Source: a virus (lineage: Duplodnaviria > Caudoviricetes). Taken from it: a stretch of DNA of 64,000 bases. Location of the stretch: IMG/VR virus record IMGVR_UViG_2740891882_000003, positions 13,141 to 77,140 of that record; one strand, written 5' to 3'. Position numbers and translations under genes: made by a program. Shown in pieces: positions 55,132 to 64,000 of this stretch (position 1 is its first letter; each line of letters opens with the position of its first letter). The notes below the pieces were generated by a model. That model had not been told where the DNA came from. It saw nothing but the letters and a program-made list of their open reading frames with translations, and made no database searches.

Positions 55132-56319
55132 TCAGGCGGTGGCGTCGGCGGTCTCGGCGGGCTGCGGCTTGACGGCCTTCCACTCGTCGGCCTCGGCGTC
55201 GAACGCGACGTGCGGGTTGTCGTCGACGCGGAAGGCGATATCCGCCTGCCTGGCGTCGTTCAAAGCACGGGCCAGTCGGACCGCCCACTTGCGGGGCTCC
55301 TCCGCCATCTGCTTGGCGACCCGCTTCTCGTGTTCTTCCTGCCACTTCTGCGGGTTGAAGCCGGACTCTTCAGCCATGTCCCACGCCCACTCGCCGAGCT
55401 CACCGGAGTCGAGCTGTTCGGCGGTGTCGTCGACGACGGCCTGCGCAGCGCGCGGGTCGACCTGGTGGAGGGCGTCGAGGTAGCGGTAGGCCATCCAGTC
55501 CGAGACGCCGGAGCGGATGTGCGCGAACCAGGCGTCCTGGTCGTCGTCGTAGTCGGAGTTGAAGGCGTTCGACGTGGAGTCGAGGACGCCCTTGAGGAGG
55601 TTCGCTGCGGTCTCGCTGATGTCGTGGCTGGCGTCGAAGCGGTGCGGCGTGGGCTTCGGCAGGCTGGCCATGTCGACGTCCGTCCCCCCGGCGGACAGCG
55701 TCCACAGCCACAGACTCTGTGCGTCGCCGAAGGTCTGGTTCTTCGACGGGCCGATACCGCCGCCGCTAGTGGGCATCTGCGCGCCGATGAAGTCTTCGCC
55801 GAAGAAGAGGACGGCCTTGCGGTCGGCGGTCACTCGGATGCGGAGGCTCTGCTCGGCCGATGCCCAGCGCTGCAGGTAGTCCGTGTTGAGGGCAGGGAAC
55901 GGTTCGCCGTCGACGGTCTGAGCGGCGATACCGCGAAGGAGGCCGCGCCAGTCCGGGAACTCCTGGCCGAGGACGACGGCGATGTTCAGGTCGGTGCGGG
56001 GGCCTTCGAAGACGAGCCGGTCCTTCGCAAGGCTGATGGTGATCCAGGCGGCGCCCTTCATGGCGCGCACCCACTCGCGGACGGTGGTGACATGCTCGCC
56101 GGGCAGGAGCGCGGCCCATGGCTCCTGGTCCTCCTCGCCGTGGCGCAGGCCGTAGCGGGCGGCAGCGAGCGTGTAGGCGTCGGTGGCCACCGTGTGCAGG
56201 TAGCGGGCGTCGGCGTCGAAGCGGATGCCGTGCAGCTGCTCGTGGTGGTCGCCGCCCATGTGGGCGGTTGTCTTATCGAGCATGAGCCCGAGCTGGTGGG
56301 CGTTGATCGTGACGGACAA
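55132..56319 (-). CDS. Beta-clamp-like domain protein
   Basis: LHGIRF..VATDAYTLA, EFPDWR, LNTDYL, IGAQMP. Confidence 0.6.
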   Translation of the reverse strand: MSVTINAHQLGLMLDKTTAHMGGDHHEQLHGIRFDADARYLHTVATDAYTLAAARYGLRHGEEDQEPWAALLPGEHVTTVREWVRAMKGAAWITISLAKDRLVFEGPRTDLNIAVVLGQEFPDWRGLLRGIAAQTVDGEPFPALNTDYLQRWASAEQSLRIRVTADRKAVLFFGEDFIGAQMPTSGGGIGPSKNQTFGDAQSLWLWTLSAGGTDVDMASLPKPTPHRFDASHDISETAANLLKGVLDSTSNAFNSDYDDDQDAWFAHIRSGVSDWMAYRYLDALHQVDPRAAQAVVDDTAEQLDSGELGEWAWDMAEESGFNPQKWQEEHEKRVAKQMAEEPRKWAVRLARALNDARQADIAFRVDDNPHVAFDAEADEWKAVKPQPAETADATA

Positions 56320-56423
56320 GGGGATCTCCTAGACTTGGTGTCGGATCCCCGTCGACTTCGCCTCGACGGGGGTTTCTTCTTGGGCGCCGCCTCGCCGGCC
56401 GGTGGCATCCGGCGCGGCGGCGG

Positions 56424-56906
56424 TCAGTGGGTGGTGGCGTGGCCGGGGTCGGTGACGGGTCCGAGGAGTCCGGCGTCGCGGGCTTCCCAGAGGGCGGTCA
56501 CGTTGATCGGCCCGGTCGCCTGGTCCTCAATCGCTGTCGTGTCGCGGACCATGGGCGGCACGTCGACGCGGGCCGCGTTGGCTTCATCCGCGGCCTGCTG
56601 GCCGAACTTCTCCCGCCACCAGGCCAGTTCGTCGGCGAGGCGCTGGCTTTCATCCATCGCACAGACGGCGACGGTCTCGGCTTCCTGCCGCTTTTGCTCG
56701 GCGAACTCCCAGGCGGCGTACACCTGGTCGCGGTCCTGGATGAGGAGGGCGAAGTAGTCGTCGGCGGCGGCCTGCCGGTTGAGGAGCTTGACGTTGTCCT
56801 GCCGGACGGCGGCGAGCTGTTCCCTGGCGCGGGCCAGCTTCGTCTCGACGCGGTTCGCCTTGCGCGGCCTCTCGCGGCGGCTGACGAACGGGATGGTGAG
56901 CGTCAC
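56424..56906 (-). CDS. Coiled-coil hypothetical protein
   Basis: RBS AAGGAGAGG. Confidence 0.6.
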   Translation of the reverse strand: MTLTIPFVSRRERPRKANRVETKLARAREQLAAVRQDNVKLLNRQAAADDYFALLIQDRDQVYAAWEFAEQKRQEAETVAVCAMDESQRLADELAWWREKFGQQAADEANAARVDVPPMVRDTTAIEDQATGPINVTALWEARDAGLLGPVTDPGHATTH

Positions 56907-57022
56907 GGCCTCTCCTTCGCCTGCTGGCTGGTGTTGGCGTTCTGCCGCTTGCGGCGGTCGTTTCGGGCGCTGGCAAGGAGCAGGGCCAGGGCGGTGGCGG
57001 CGATCAGCAGGACGGTGATCAC
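56903..57022 (-). CDS. 39-aa TM peptide
   Basis: Hand translation MITVLLIAATALALLLASARN; GTGA overlaps at both ends. Confidence 0.55.
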   Translation of the reverse strand: MITVLLIAATALALLLASARNDRRKRQNANTSQQAKERP

Positions 57023-57240
57023 GGCGCCTCCAGTCCGAGCGCGGCGAGGAGTTCGAGGACGCTGGCGGCCACTGCCGGGTCTTTGGCGATGAGCCGGCCG
57101 GAGAGCTTCGGCATCAGCTCGTCGAGCGGGTGCGGGTGTTCGGCAGCGACCCGGTCGGCGCAGTGCACGGCCACAGCCCGGCGGACGGCTTCCGTGAGGT
57201 CGCCGACGACGAGAGCGTCATGCTTCAGTTCGGCGCCCAT
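57019..57240 (-). CDS. Hypothetical protein
   Basis: Coupled to neighbours. Confidence 0.55.
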   Translation of the reverse strand: MGAELKHDALVVGDLTEAVRRAVAVHCADRVAAEHPHPLDELMPKLSGRLIAKDPAVAASVLELLAALGLEAP

Positions 57241-57569
57241 CAGGCGGTCACCCCCGCGGCAGCAGCCTTGCGGAGTGCGGCGAGTACGTCGTCTTCGCTG
57301 CGGTCCGGCTGGCGTTCCCACACGGTGAGCGGCTCGTCGCCGGATCCGTCGGGTGCGCCAAGTGCGAGATGCTCGGTGAGCATTTGCAGGGCGAGGACGG
57401 TGACGTCTTCGGTGTTGGGGCTGCTTTTGCCGGGGATGAATCCGGCGGCCCGGTCGACGGCGTCGGCGATGGGGTTGCGGAGCGGGTCCCAGCCCTCGAT
57501 GTCGAGGATTCCGGCAGCCACGGCGAGGGTTGTGGCCACACGGGAGCGGGTCACGGACAGGGTCACCAT
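57240..57569 (-). CDS. Hypothetical phage protein
   Basis: WERQPDRSEDDVLAALRKAA. Confidence 0.6.
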   Translation of the reverse strand: MVTLSVTRSRVATTLAVAAGILDIEGWDPLRNPIADAVDRAAGFIPGKSSPNTEDVTVLALQMLTEHLALGAPDGSGDEPLTVWERQPDRSEDDVLAALRKAAAAGVTA

Positions 57570-57742
57570 GCGGGCACCACCCATCCGAACTCGGCGTGCA
57601 CGGTGTTGATCTCGTCGAAGTAGTCGCGCCAGTTCTGCGGCGTCCACGTCGACTCGTCACGCCCGAAGTCCTCGTGCAGGCGCTGGTCGACACGGGCCAG
57701 CTCGGACACCTCGGCATCCGCGGGGCGGGGAAGGGCACTCAC
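57563..57742 (-). CDS. Hypothetical protein
   Basis: Hand translation, 59 aa, overlaps both neighbours. Confidence 0.5.
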   Translation of the reverse strand: MSALPRPADAEVSELARVDQRLHEDFGRDESTWTPQNWRDYFDEINTVHAEFGWVVPAW

Positions 57743-58050
57743 GCCGCCACCGCCTTCAGCAGCGCGGCGTCGACCGGGACGGGGCCGGAGTAGCCGACGA
57801 GGGCGACCGTCACCCCGGCGAACTCGGTGTCGGCGCGCATTGACGTGCCGTTGCCCGAGCGGATGTTGAACGCGACGTCCTCGACGGGGATGCCGAGGGC
57901 TTCCCGCCAGGCTTCGAAGTCGCCCAGCCCGCCGTAGAGGTGCACGCTGACGCCGTGCTTCGACGGCACGATCTCCTCGGCGGGCAGCAGCGGGTGCTTG
58001 GCGATGAGGGCGTTCACGGCGGCCACGGACGTGGCGAGGTCGAGCAGCAT
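57739..58050 (-). CDS. Hypothetical protein
   Basis: FEAWREALG. Confidence 0.6.
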   Translation of the reverse strand: MLLDLATSVAAVNALIAKHPLLPAEEIVPSKHGVSVHLYGGLGDFEAWREALGIPVEDVAFNIRSGNGTSMRADTEFAGVTVALVGYSGPVPVDAALLKAVAA

Positions 58051-58610
58051 TACGCCTCCTCGGCGGGGAAGATCTCGGGGTGGTCGGCCTTCCACTGCAG
58101 CCAGACCTCGTTGGGGTACTTGGTGCCGACGTGATGGATCAGATCCATCACCTGATCCAGGCGCAGCGGGCCTGCCACGGGGTGGGCGTAGTCCGTGCCC
58201 CGCGAGGTGGGGGGCGACGGCACGAACGTGTGACCGTAGGTCCAGGACGACCGGCTGTACGCCCAGTCGTCGGGCCCGTACTTGATGAACACCACGGCGC
58301 TGTTGCAGTCGACGTCGAGGGGGCGCCTGTCCAGCCGTGTCATGTCGTAGCCGTGCACCGTGGACCAGTAGTGCCGGTGGTAGGCGATGAACGACAGAAG
58401 CTGCTGCACTTCGTGCTCGGTGGGCCTTTCCGTGGAGGCGAACGGCCATGACGGGTCGAACGTGTTGCCGGTGTCCGCGCTGGTACCGAGGTAGGCGCCG
58501 GTGTAGTTCCACATCGGCTTGAAGCTGGTGACGACCGGGATGCGCAGCGCGGTCAGCGGGTCGTCCTGGATGGCGTCCGTGCCGAACGGCCACGCCTTGG
58601 TTGCAGTCAC
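58050..58610 (-). CDS. Hypothetical protein
   Basis: GTGA overlap, GC3-rich. Confidence 0.65.
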   Translation of the reverse strand: MTATKAWPFGTDAIQDDPLTALRIPVVTSFKPMWNYTGAYLGTSADTGNTFDPSWPFASTERPTEHEVQQLLSFIAYHRHYWSTVHGYDMTRLDRRPLDVDCNSAVVFIKYGPDDWAYSRSSWTYGHTFVPSPPTSRGTDYAHPVAGPLRLDQVMDLIHHVGTKYPNEVWLQWKADHPEIFPAEEA

Positions 58611-58858
58611 GAGGCGCCCTCCTTGCGGGCGTTGCGGTTGGCGGTTTGGAGGGCGGCGATGCGCTCGGCCCATCCCGGGTAGTCGGCGTTCGTCGACACG
58701 GGCGCTGTCGGGTGCGTGGCCAGCCACGCGTCCAGGGCGAACGCGGCCTTCTCTGACGGGTCCTCGGTGCGGTGGAAGGCGTCCCAGAACGATTCGGCGG
58801 CGAGGTACGCCTCCAGCTCGGGCAGCGGGCCATCCAGGGTGGTGATCGGGAGAGTCAT
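58607..58858 (-). CDS. Hypothetical protein
   Basis: Coupled to neighbours. Confidence 0.6.
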   Translation of the reverse strand: MTLPITTLDGPLPELEAYLAAESFWDAFHRTEDPSEKAAFALDAWLATHPTAPVSTNADYPGWAERIAALQTANRNARKEGAS

Positions 58859-59460
58859 GACGCGGCCTCCTCTGCCGACATGCCGCAGTACAGGCAGTGG
58901 CCGTTCACCAGTCGGTGGCCATCGACGTTCGTGTGGCAGATGCCGAAGTGCTGCGGCTCCGAAGCCGCCTCCAGCTCGGCGGCCACGTACTCGTTCAGAG
59001 CGGCAGCGAACGACGGGAAGTCCTCCTCGGCAGCCCCGGCCTCGATGAATCCGAACAGTCGGGCTCGCAGCTCTTCGGCCTTCGACGGCTCTCGGACGCC
59101 CCGGTCATCCATCGACGCGAAGGACTCGCCCACCGGCATCGGCAGGGCGCCCTCGGCGCGGACAGCCTCGGCCGTCTTCGCCGCCTCCCACTCGCCCTCC
59201 GACACCACGTCGATGTGGTCGAGGGCGATGCCGCCCGCGTAGCCCTCGACAGACACGACCGGAGTGCCGTGACCCAGCTCCCAGGCCGGGGTTCGGGTCT
59301 TGGTCACCAGCCGCTTGCACGGGTTCTTGTCGCCGAAGCTGCGTCCGTCGTTCGCGCGCTTCTGGAAGGCGACCGCCACCGGATGCTCGGGCCGGATGCC
59401 CGGGTAGGCGAACACCGGAGTGCCGACCGGGTGCAGGGAGTTGAAGGTCTCGGCGTTCAC
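58855..59460 (-). CDS. Hypothetical phage protein
   Basis: FNSLHPVGTPV..VVSVEGYAGGIAL. Confidence 0.65.
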   Translation of the reverse strand: MNAETFNSLHPVGTPVFAYPGIRPEHPVAVAFQKRANDGRSFGDKNPCKRLVTKTRTPAWELGHGTPVVSVEGYAGGIALDHIDVVSEGEWEAAKTAEAVRAEGALPMPVGESFASMDDRGVREPSKAEELRARLFGFIEAGAAEEDFPSFAAALNEYVAAELEAASEPQHFGICHTNVDGHRLVNGHCLYCGMSAEEAAS

Positions 59461-60212
59461 GCGGCCACCTGCTTCCGGGCGGCGTCGTACACGTCGATGC
59501 CGTGGCGGATCGCGTAGCAGGAGTGCAGGAAGCCCGGCGTGTAGTCGTTCAGTCGCCACTCGTGCCAGTCGGCGAAGTAGTACGGGTACGGACTGGTGTC
59601 ACCCTCGGGCCGGTACGAGAAGTCGTGCAGGGCGCGGTGCGCCTCCGACTCGTACTCGATGTTGTAGTCGGCCATGTCGCTCAAGAAGTGGCCCTCAACG
59701 GCCTCACGGAGACGCTGGTTGGCGTTCATCCACTCCGGCCTGACCTGCCGGGCCAGCTCGCGGCGGATGCCGGGCGTGGAGGCCACTTCCTTCAGCGTGT
59801 AGCCGAACCGCTGGGCCTGCTTCGCGACTCGGTCGTCGAGGTCGTCGCGCATCCACTGGGCGAGCGTGGACGCGATCTCACCCTTGAACAGCTCCGGGTC
59901 GAATCCCTCGATCTCGTCGCGTCCGGCGCGGACCTTCTCCGCCCAGTAGCCGGGGTTGATCTCGCCCTTGAGGGCGGTGTTCCGGAACAGGTCGAACATG
60001 TCCGGGGTGGCGTCGATGTCGAAGTGGAACGTCCAGCCCGTCTTGACGACCAGGTTGTACGGCCACGTGATCAGCTCGAAAGCTCCGAAGCTGCCGTGCG
60101 CCGGGTTCATGAACTTCAGGTGCCGATAGAGGCCGTCCTCATGCTTGACGGTCATCTCGTGGGCGGCCGTGTCCCGGGCGAACCGGGCAGCGATCTCGGG
60201 GTAGGCGGTCAC
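59457..60212 (-). CDS. Conserved phage hypothetical protein
   Basis: DGLYRHL..FELITWP..INPGYWAEK. Confidence 0.7.
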   Translation of the reverse strand: MTAYPEIAARFARDTAAHEMTVKHEDGLYRHLKFMNPAHGSFGAFELITWPYNLVVKTGWTFHFDIDATPDMFDLFRNTALKGEINPGYWAEKVRAGRDEIEGFDPELFKGEIASTLAQWMRDDLDDRVAKQAQRFGYTLKEVASTPGIRRELARQVRPEWMNANQRLREAVEGHFLSDMADYNIEYESEAHRALHDFSYRPEGDTSPYPYYFADWHEWRLNDYTPGFLHSCYAIRHGIDVYDAARKQVAA

Positions 60213-60430
60213 AGTGCACCTCCAGCCATGTCGGCGGGGTGGTATTCGATGCGGCCGTCGCCGTACACCGTCACCGCGGCGACAGCGCCCTCCATCGACG
60301 CCCCCGGGCCGTGAGACCCGAACTGCGCGACCTTCAACAAGCCGCCGAACGACGGCGAAATGTGCAGGTACTCGGTGTCCGAGTCGATCCGCTCAACCAG
60401 CGGAGACTCACCAGGGACCGGGGCGGTCAC
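60209..60430 (-). CDS. Hypothetical protein
   Basis: GTGA overlaps. Confidence 0.5.
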   Translation of the reverse strand: MTAPVPGESPLVERIDSDTEYLHISPSFGGLLKVAQFGSHGPGASMEGAVAAVTVYGDGRIEYHPADMAGGAL

Positions 60431-60759
60431 GACTCGTCCTCCCCGCAGATGCAGTCCGGCGAGGACGGGAAGCGGCACGGCCGTGGATGCGGGCGGGTCG
60501 CCTCTTCCAGCACGATCTGCGCGTCCAGTTCGTCGTCCGTCAGACCCTTGGCGAGCCGGTAGCTCTCCCGGAAGTAGTCGGCGCGCTTGTACCAGTGGTC
60601 GCTGTCGTCGGCGAGAGCGTGGATCTCGCTGACCAGCTGCTCGATGTCGGCGAGCGAAGCCTTGCCGCGCTGACGGCACTTCGCCATCAGCCGGTCGGCG
60701 CGCTCGCGGATCTTCGCGACGCCGTCCAGCGGCAGAGGCGTCTGGGATGATTGAGGCAC
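60427..60759 (-). CDS. Hypothetical protein
   Basis: RBS AAAGGGG. Confidence 0.6.
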   Translation of the reverse strand: MPQSSQTPLPLDGVAKIRERADRLMAKCRQRGKASLADIEQLVSEIHALADDSDHWYKRADYFRESYRLAKGLTDDELDAQIVLEEATRPHPRPCRFPSSPDCICGEDES

Positions 60760-60867
60760 GTGAAGCCCCTTTCGTTTCGAGGTTGCGGGGTGGATCGGTG
60801 CGGCCCGAGGGCCGCGGCGCCCCTGCTGCCGGTGTGTCAGAGCCCGGCGTGGGGGCGTTTTGCCGAC

Positions 60868-61155
60868 TCAAGCGGCGGCGCGGGCCGGCTTGCTGAAGGG
60901 CTTGACCGTGCGGCTCTCGACGAGGGCGACGATCTGTGCGCCGGTGAGGTAGTTGTCGCGGCCGTTGAAGACGTAGTCGATCTCGCGGCGGGCGATCATG
61001 TCGGTGAGGGTGCGGCCGGAGTACGGCGTCCACTGAGCGGCCTCGTGGGGCGTGTAGTGGAAGAGCAGGCCCTCGGCGGTCTGGGGTGCCGGGAGGTTCT
61101 CGCGGATCTTGGGGGCGGGGCGCTTTCGGGGCTTCGTGGCCTGGGGGGCGGTCAC
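60868..61155 (-). CDS. Excisionase-like HTH protein
   Basis: YTPHEAAQWTPYSGRTLTDMI; follows Cro. Confidence 0.6.
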   Translation of the reverse strand: MTAPQATKPRKRPAPKIRENLPAPQTAEGLLFHYTPHEAAQWTPYSGRTLTDMIARREIDYVFNGRDNYLTGAQIVALVESRTVKPFSKPARAAA

Positions 61156-61358
61156 GGGGTCTCCTTGTGGGTGATGTCGTCGGGGGTGACACCCAGCGCT
61201 TCCGCGACCCGGAGGATGTTCTCGTCACTCAGGCCGGCCTTGCCGTTCTGGACCTTCGACAGGTGACCCTTGTCGATTCCGGTGCGCTCAGAGAGCATTG
61301 CAAGGCTCATATTGAGAGCCTCCCGTCTGTAGCGGATAGCGCTGGAGTGCGGTCTCAC
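61152..61358 (-). CDS. Cro-like XRE protein
   Basis: RREALNMSLAMLSERTGIDKGHLSKVQNG. Confidence 0.85.
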   Translation of the reverse strand: MRPHSSAIRYRREALNMSLAMLSERTGIDKGHLSKVQNGKAGLSDENILRVAEALGVTPDDITHKETP

Positions 61359-61573
61359 GCCTCAAAACCTAGCCCGCTAAAGCACGCCACGCAAGCGCTA
61401 CGGCAACGGTAATGCACTTTTTTATAGCCTCGCAGGCCCGGCGCATCCACTACCTACCAGTAAGCGCGATGCGCCCCATGCAACCCAAACGCTCTGTTTG
61501 CGTGCTACTTCGCAGGTCATAAGGCCGGAACCTGGCTAGGTGGTTGCATGGAGGTAGTGCATGATGGGGAGAC

Positions 61574-62098
61574 ATGGAGCCAGAGCGAGACTGGGAACGG
61601 CTGGGCCACGCCTTCGCCGAAGCACGCAAGACCATCAGCCTCACGCAGGTCGAGGTTGCTGAGCGCCTGTCCGTTACCCGCACGCCGGTCCAGGCCATCG
61701 AGCGAGGCAAGCAGCCCAACGGCGCCCCTTTCAGCAAGATCACCGCGACTATGCGGGCCTACGCCCGCCTCCTCGGCTGGACCGAGGACTCCCCCGCCCG
61801 CATCCTCCGCGGGGAGGAGCCTGAACCGGCCACGCAACCTGTTACACAGCAAAGCGGCGACGCAGGCTCTGGCCTCCCGCCGGCCGTTGACCGCGAACTC
61901 CGCTCCGGGAAAACCCTCGACCATGCAGTGGTCAATCTCGGCGGCGAGGACGACGACGACACTCGCCTGATCGTGCTCCTCAAGGGCTCGGAGGACTTGA
62001 GCGAGGAGCAGCTGGACGAGCTCTGGCTCAAGTGGCGGCGTATGCGGCGTCAGTTGCACGCAATCCCCGGCGAAACAGACACCCCACAAGGAACCTGA
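61574..62098 (+). CDS. Immunity repressor (XRE)
   Basis: LTQVEVAERLSVTRTPVQAIERG; divergent from Cro. Confidence 0.85.
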   Translation: MEPERDWERLGHAFAEARKTISLTQVEVAERLSVTRTPVQAIERGKQPNGAPFSKITATMRAYARLLGWTEDSPARILRGEEPEPATQPVTQQSGDAGSGLPPAVDRELRSGKTLDHAVVNLGGEDDDDTRLIVLLKGSEDLSEEQLDELWLKWRRMRRQLHAIPGETDTPQGT

Positions 62099-62194
62099 CG
62101 CCGTTTCGGTCCCAGACGGTCGACGGTGACTCAAAAGTGTGCTTCGATCGACGGACCGTCACCGAGGGGGGCACCGCTCGGACCGGGAGAGCAC

Positions 62195-62608
62195 ATGTGG
62201 GTGATGCACGTTGAGCGCGTCCAGGGTGACTATCGAGAGCCCGAAATCATAGATCTCGAAGACGGCAGCGGATGCCTGTTCAGGATCCACGAGAGTGACA
62301 TCAGTCCGGACGGCACCAAGATGCTCGCCGACCTCCTCACCGAGCAGGCCCAGCGCTGGGCGCCCCGCCCGCCCGACTCGCCTCTCGGCCCCGTCATCCC
62401 CGTCACATGGACCTGCGTGCCCGGCCTTCCGGACCCTTTCGTCATAGGGGTCGACGACGGACCCGACGCGATCACCTACACCGTCGACTCCTCGATACTC
62501 AGCCAGCGTGCCGGCGACTTTCTCGGCCGTCTCGACACTGAACGATCTCCGCACTGGCAGCGTGTACCCAAGGGCTACCACGACGACGGCGCAGAAGACG
62601 CCGAGTAG
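62195..62608 (+). CDS. Hypothetical protein with internal duplication
   Basis: RBS GGGAG; between repressor and integrase. Confidence 0.65.
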   Translation: MWVMHVERVQGDYREPEIIDLEDGSGCLFRIHESDISPDGTKMLADLLTEQAQRWAPRPPDSPLGPVIPVTWTCVPGLPDPFVIGVDDGPDAITYTVDSSILSQRAGDFLGRLDTERSPHWQRVPKGYHDDGAEDAE

Positions 62609-62629
62609 CCGAGCACGCGAGGGGGCACC

Positions 62630-64000
62630 GTGGCCTACGCCGAGAAGGTCTACAAGGTCAAGAACGGCAAGCAGACCAAGCAATTCACCTGGCGGTGCAA
62701 GTACAAGGCACCGCCAGGGCACAAGCCGGAGTGGCTGACCGAGCCCGGCTTCCCGACGAGGAAGGTGGCAGAGGAATGGGGCCGAGAGCAGGAGGCCGCC
62801 ATCCGGGCGGGCACATGGATTGATCCCAAGAAGCTGAGCACTCCGTTCGGTGCGTGGGTGGAGATCTGGAAGACGGCGAACAAGAAACGCCCCCGGACGC
62901 AGAGCGGACGGGCGTACCTGCTCGACAAGCTGCTCCTCCCCGAGTGGGAGCACGCGCCGCTCATGGAAGTGAACAACGTGTTCACGGTGAAAGCCTGGGC
63001 GACGCGCATGGCCAAGCCGCAGGGCAAGCACGACCCGGACACGGTGGCGCAGGCCCGCAGCCTCCTTTCGTCAATCCTGTCCGGCGCGGAGGACGCCGGC
63101 TACATCCCGGCGAACAAGCTGTACGGGCGCCGCATCCTCGTCGGAGCCGACCACCACAAAGAGGAAGAGGAGGTATGGGCGCAGCCCGACGAGGCCTATC
63201 GGATGTATGAGCGCATGGCTGGCGTACATGGCCTGATGATGCTGACCGACTGCTACATGGGCTTCCGCTGGGGGGAACTGGCTGGCCTGCACCGCGACAA
63301 CTGCCTCCTCAGGCGCGAGGACAGGATCGACGGTAAGCCGTTCGTGCGGCACGTGATCCGCATCGATCCGAAGGTCGGCTCGCTGCATGAGGATCCCGTG
63401 GAGCTCGACGAGGAGACCCTGGCCGCGTGGGAGGCCACTGAGGATGCGCGGCTGAGGAAGTGCGTCGAGAAGGGCTGGAAGGCGAACCGGAGGAAGGCTC
63501 CGAAGAACAAGCTGCACGTCTACCTGGGCCCGCCGAAGAACAAGTACAGCGCCCGGGAAGTCGATGTGCCGGAGTTCCTGGTGCGGCGGATTGCTGATCA
63601 CATCGAGACGTGGCCGCACGAGTACCCGTTCTCGACACCGAAGGGGACGTTCTGGCTGCGGGGCAATTTCACGTCGCGGCACCTGCGGCCCGCGGCGGAC
63701 GGCCGCGAGGCGATCCCCCGCAAGCGCGGCTACGCCGGCCGGGAGGGATGGGAGCCGGTGCTGCCCGGGTTCACGATGCGGGGGGCGCGGCATACGCACG
63801 ACACGTGGATGAAGGACGACGGTGTGGACCGGGCGCTCAGGTTCTTGACGATGGGGTGGGTCCCGAAGGACATTGAGGGGACCTACGAGCATGTGACGCC
63901 GGAGATGCGCAGGCATCGTCTGCAGCGTCTTGAGGCCCGGTGGGAGCGCGGGAAGAGCGTGACGGCAGAGCGGTCGGGGAAAGACCTCGGGGAAAGTTGA
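62630..64000 (+). CDS. int: Tyrosine integrase
   Basis: GFRWGEL, PPK, RGARHTH, TYEH. Confidence 0.9.
   Translation: MAYAEKVYKVKNGKQTKQFTWRCKYKAPPGHKPEWLTEPGFPTRKVAEEWGREQEAAIRAGTWIDPKKLSTPFGAWVEIWKTANKKRPRTQSGRAYLLDKLLLPEWEHAPLMEVNNVFTVKAWATRMAKPQGKHDPDTVAQARSLLSSILSGAEDAGYIPANKLYGRRILVGADHHKEEEEVWAQPDEAYRMYERMAGVHGLMMLTDCYMGFRWGELAGLHRDNCLLRREDRIDGKPFVRHVIRIDPKVGSLHEDPVELDEETLAAWEATEDARLRKCVEKGWKANRRKAPKNKLHVYLGPPKNKYSAREVDVPEFLVRRIADHIETWPHEYPFSTPKGTFWLRGNFTSRHLRPAADGREAIPRKRGYAGREGWEPVLPGFTMRGARHTHDTWMKDDGVDRALRFLTMGWVPKDIEGTYEHVTPEMRRHRLQRLEARWERGKSVTAERSGKDLGES

Larger units (their letters stand above)
1..64000. mobile_element. Temperate siphovirus-type prophage of an actinomycete (ends outside window)
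   Basis: Terminase, portal, capsid, tail tube, tape measure, replication/recombination genes, Cro/repressor and tyrosine integrase in lambdoid order; very high GC. Confidence 0.95.

Noticed and set aside
1-64000. tRNA, rRNA, att sites and bldA-dependent TTA codons
   Set aside because: None recognised by eye; the few TTA candidates checked were out of frame, and no exhaustive scan was possible

Overview
The whole window is one high-GC actinobacterial (Streptomyces-like) temperate siphovirus prophage. Both ends are cut: the first gene has no start in the window, and the integrase stops at base 64000. Left to right: (1) a plus-strand sugar-modification operon (NAD epimerase, two glycosyltransferases, an HNH, two XRE-zinc-ribbon regulators); (2) a minus-strand virion operon from terminase to tail fibre, with a -1 frameshifted tail chaperone; (3) a central block of about 13 kb resembling the transfer module of actinomycete plasmids/AICEs (TraB-like FtsK ATPase, Spd-like membrane proteins, a clt-like repeat cluster, a Kor-like GntR plus a UTRA-only partner, an Xis-like HTH) but with no recognisable Rep or integrase of its own; (4) a long minus-strand early operon (initiator with iterons, DnaC-like ATPase, RecE/RecT-like pair, clamp-like protein, PAPS-reductase-like enzyme, ASCH protein, HNHs, many small ORFs); (5) a Cro/repressor switch and a tyrosine integrase. 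The best candidate for an undescribed system is a virion-encoding prophage that may also move by TraB/clt conjugation. All functions come from motifs and gene order read by eye; no searches were run. No lysis genes, att sites, tRNA, CRISPR array or reverse transcriptase were recognised.
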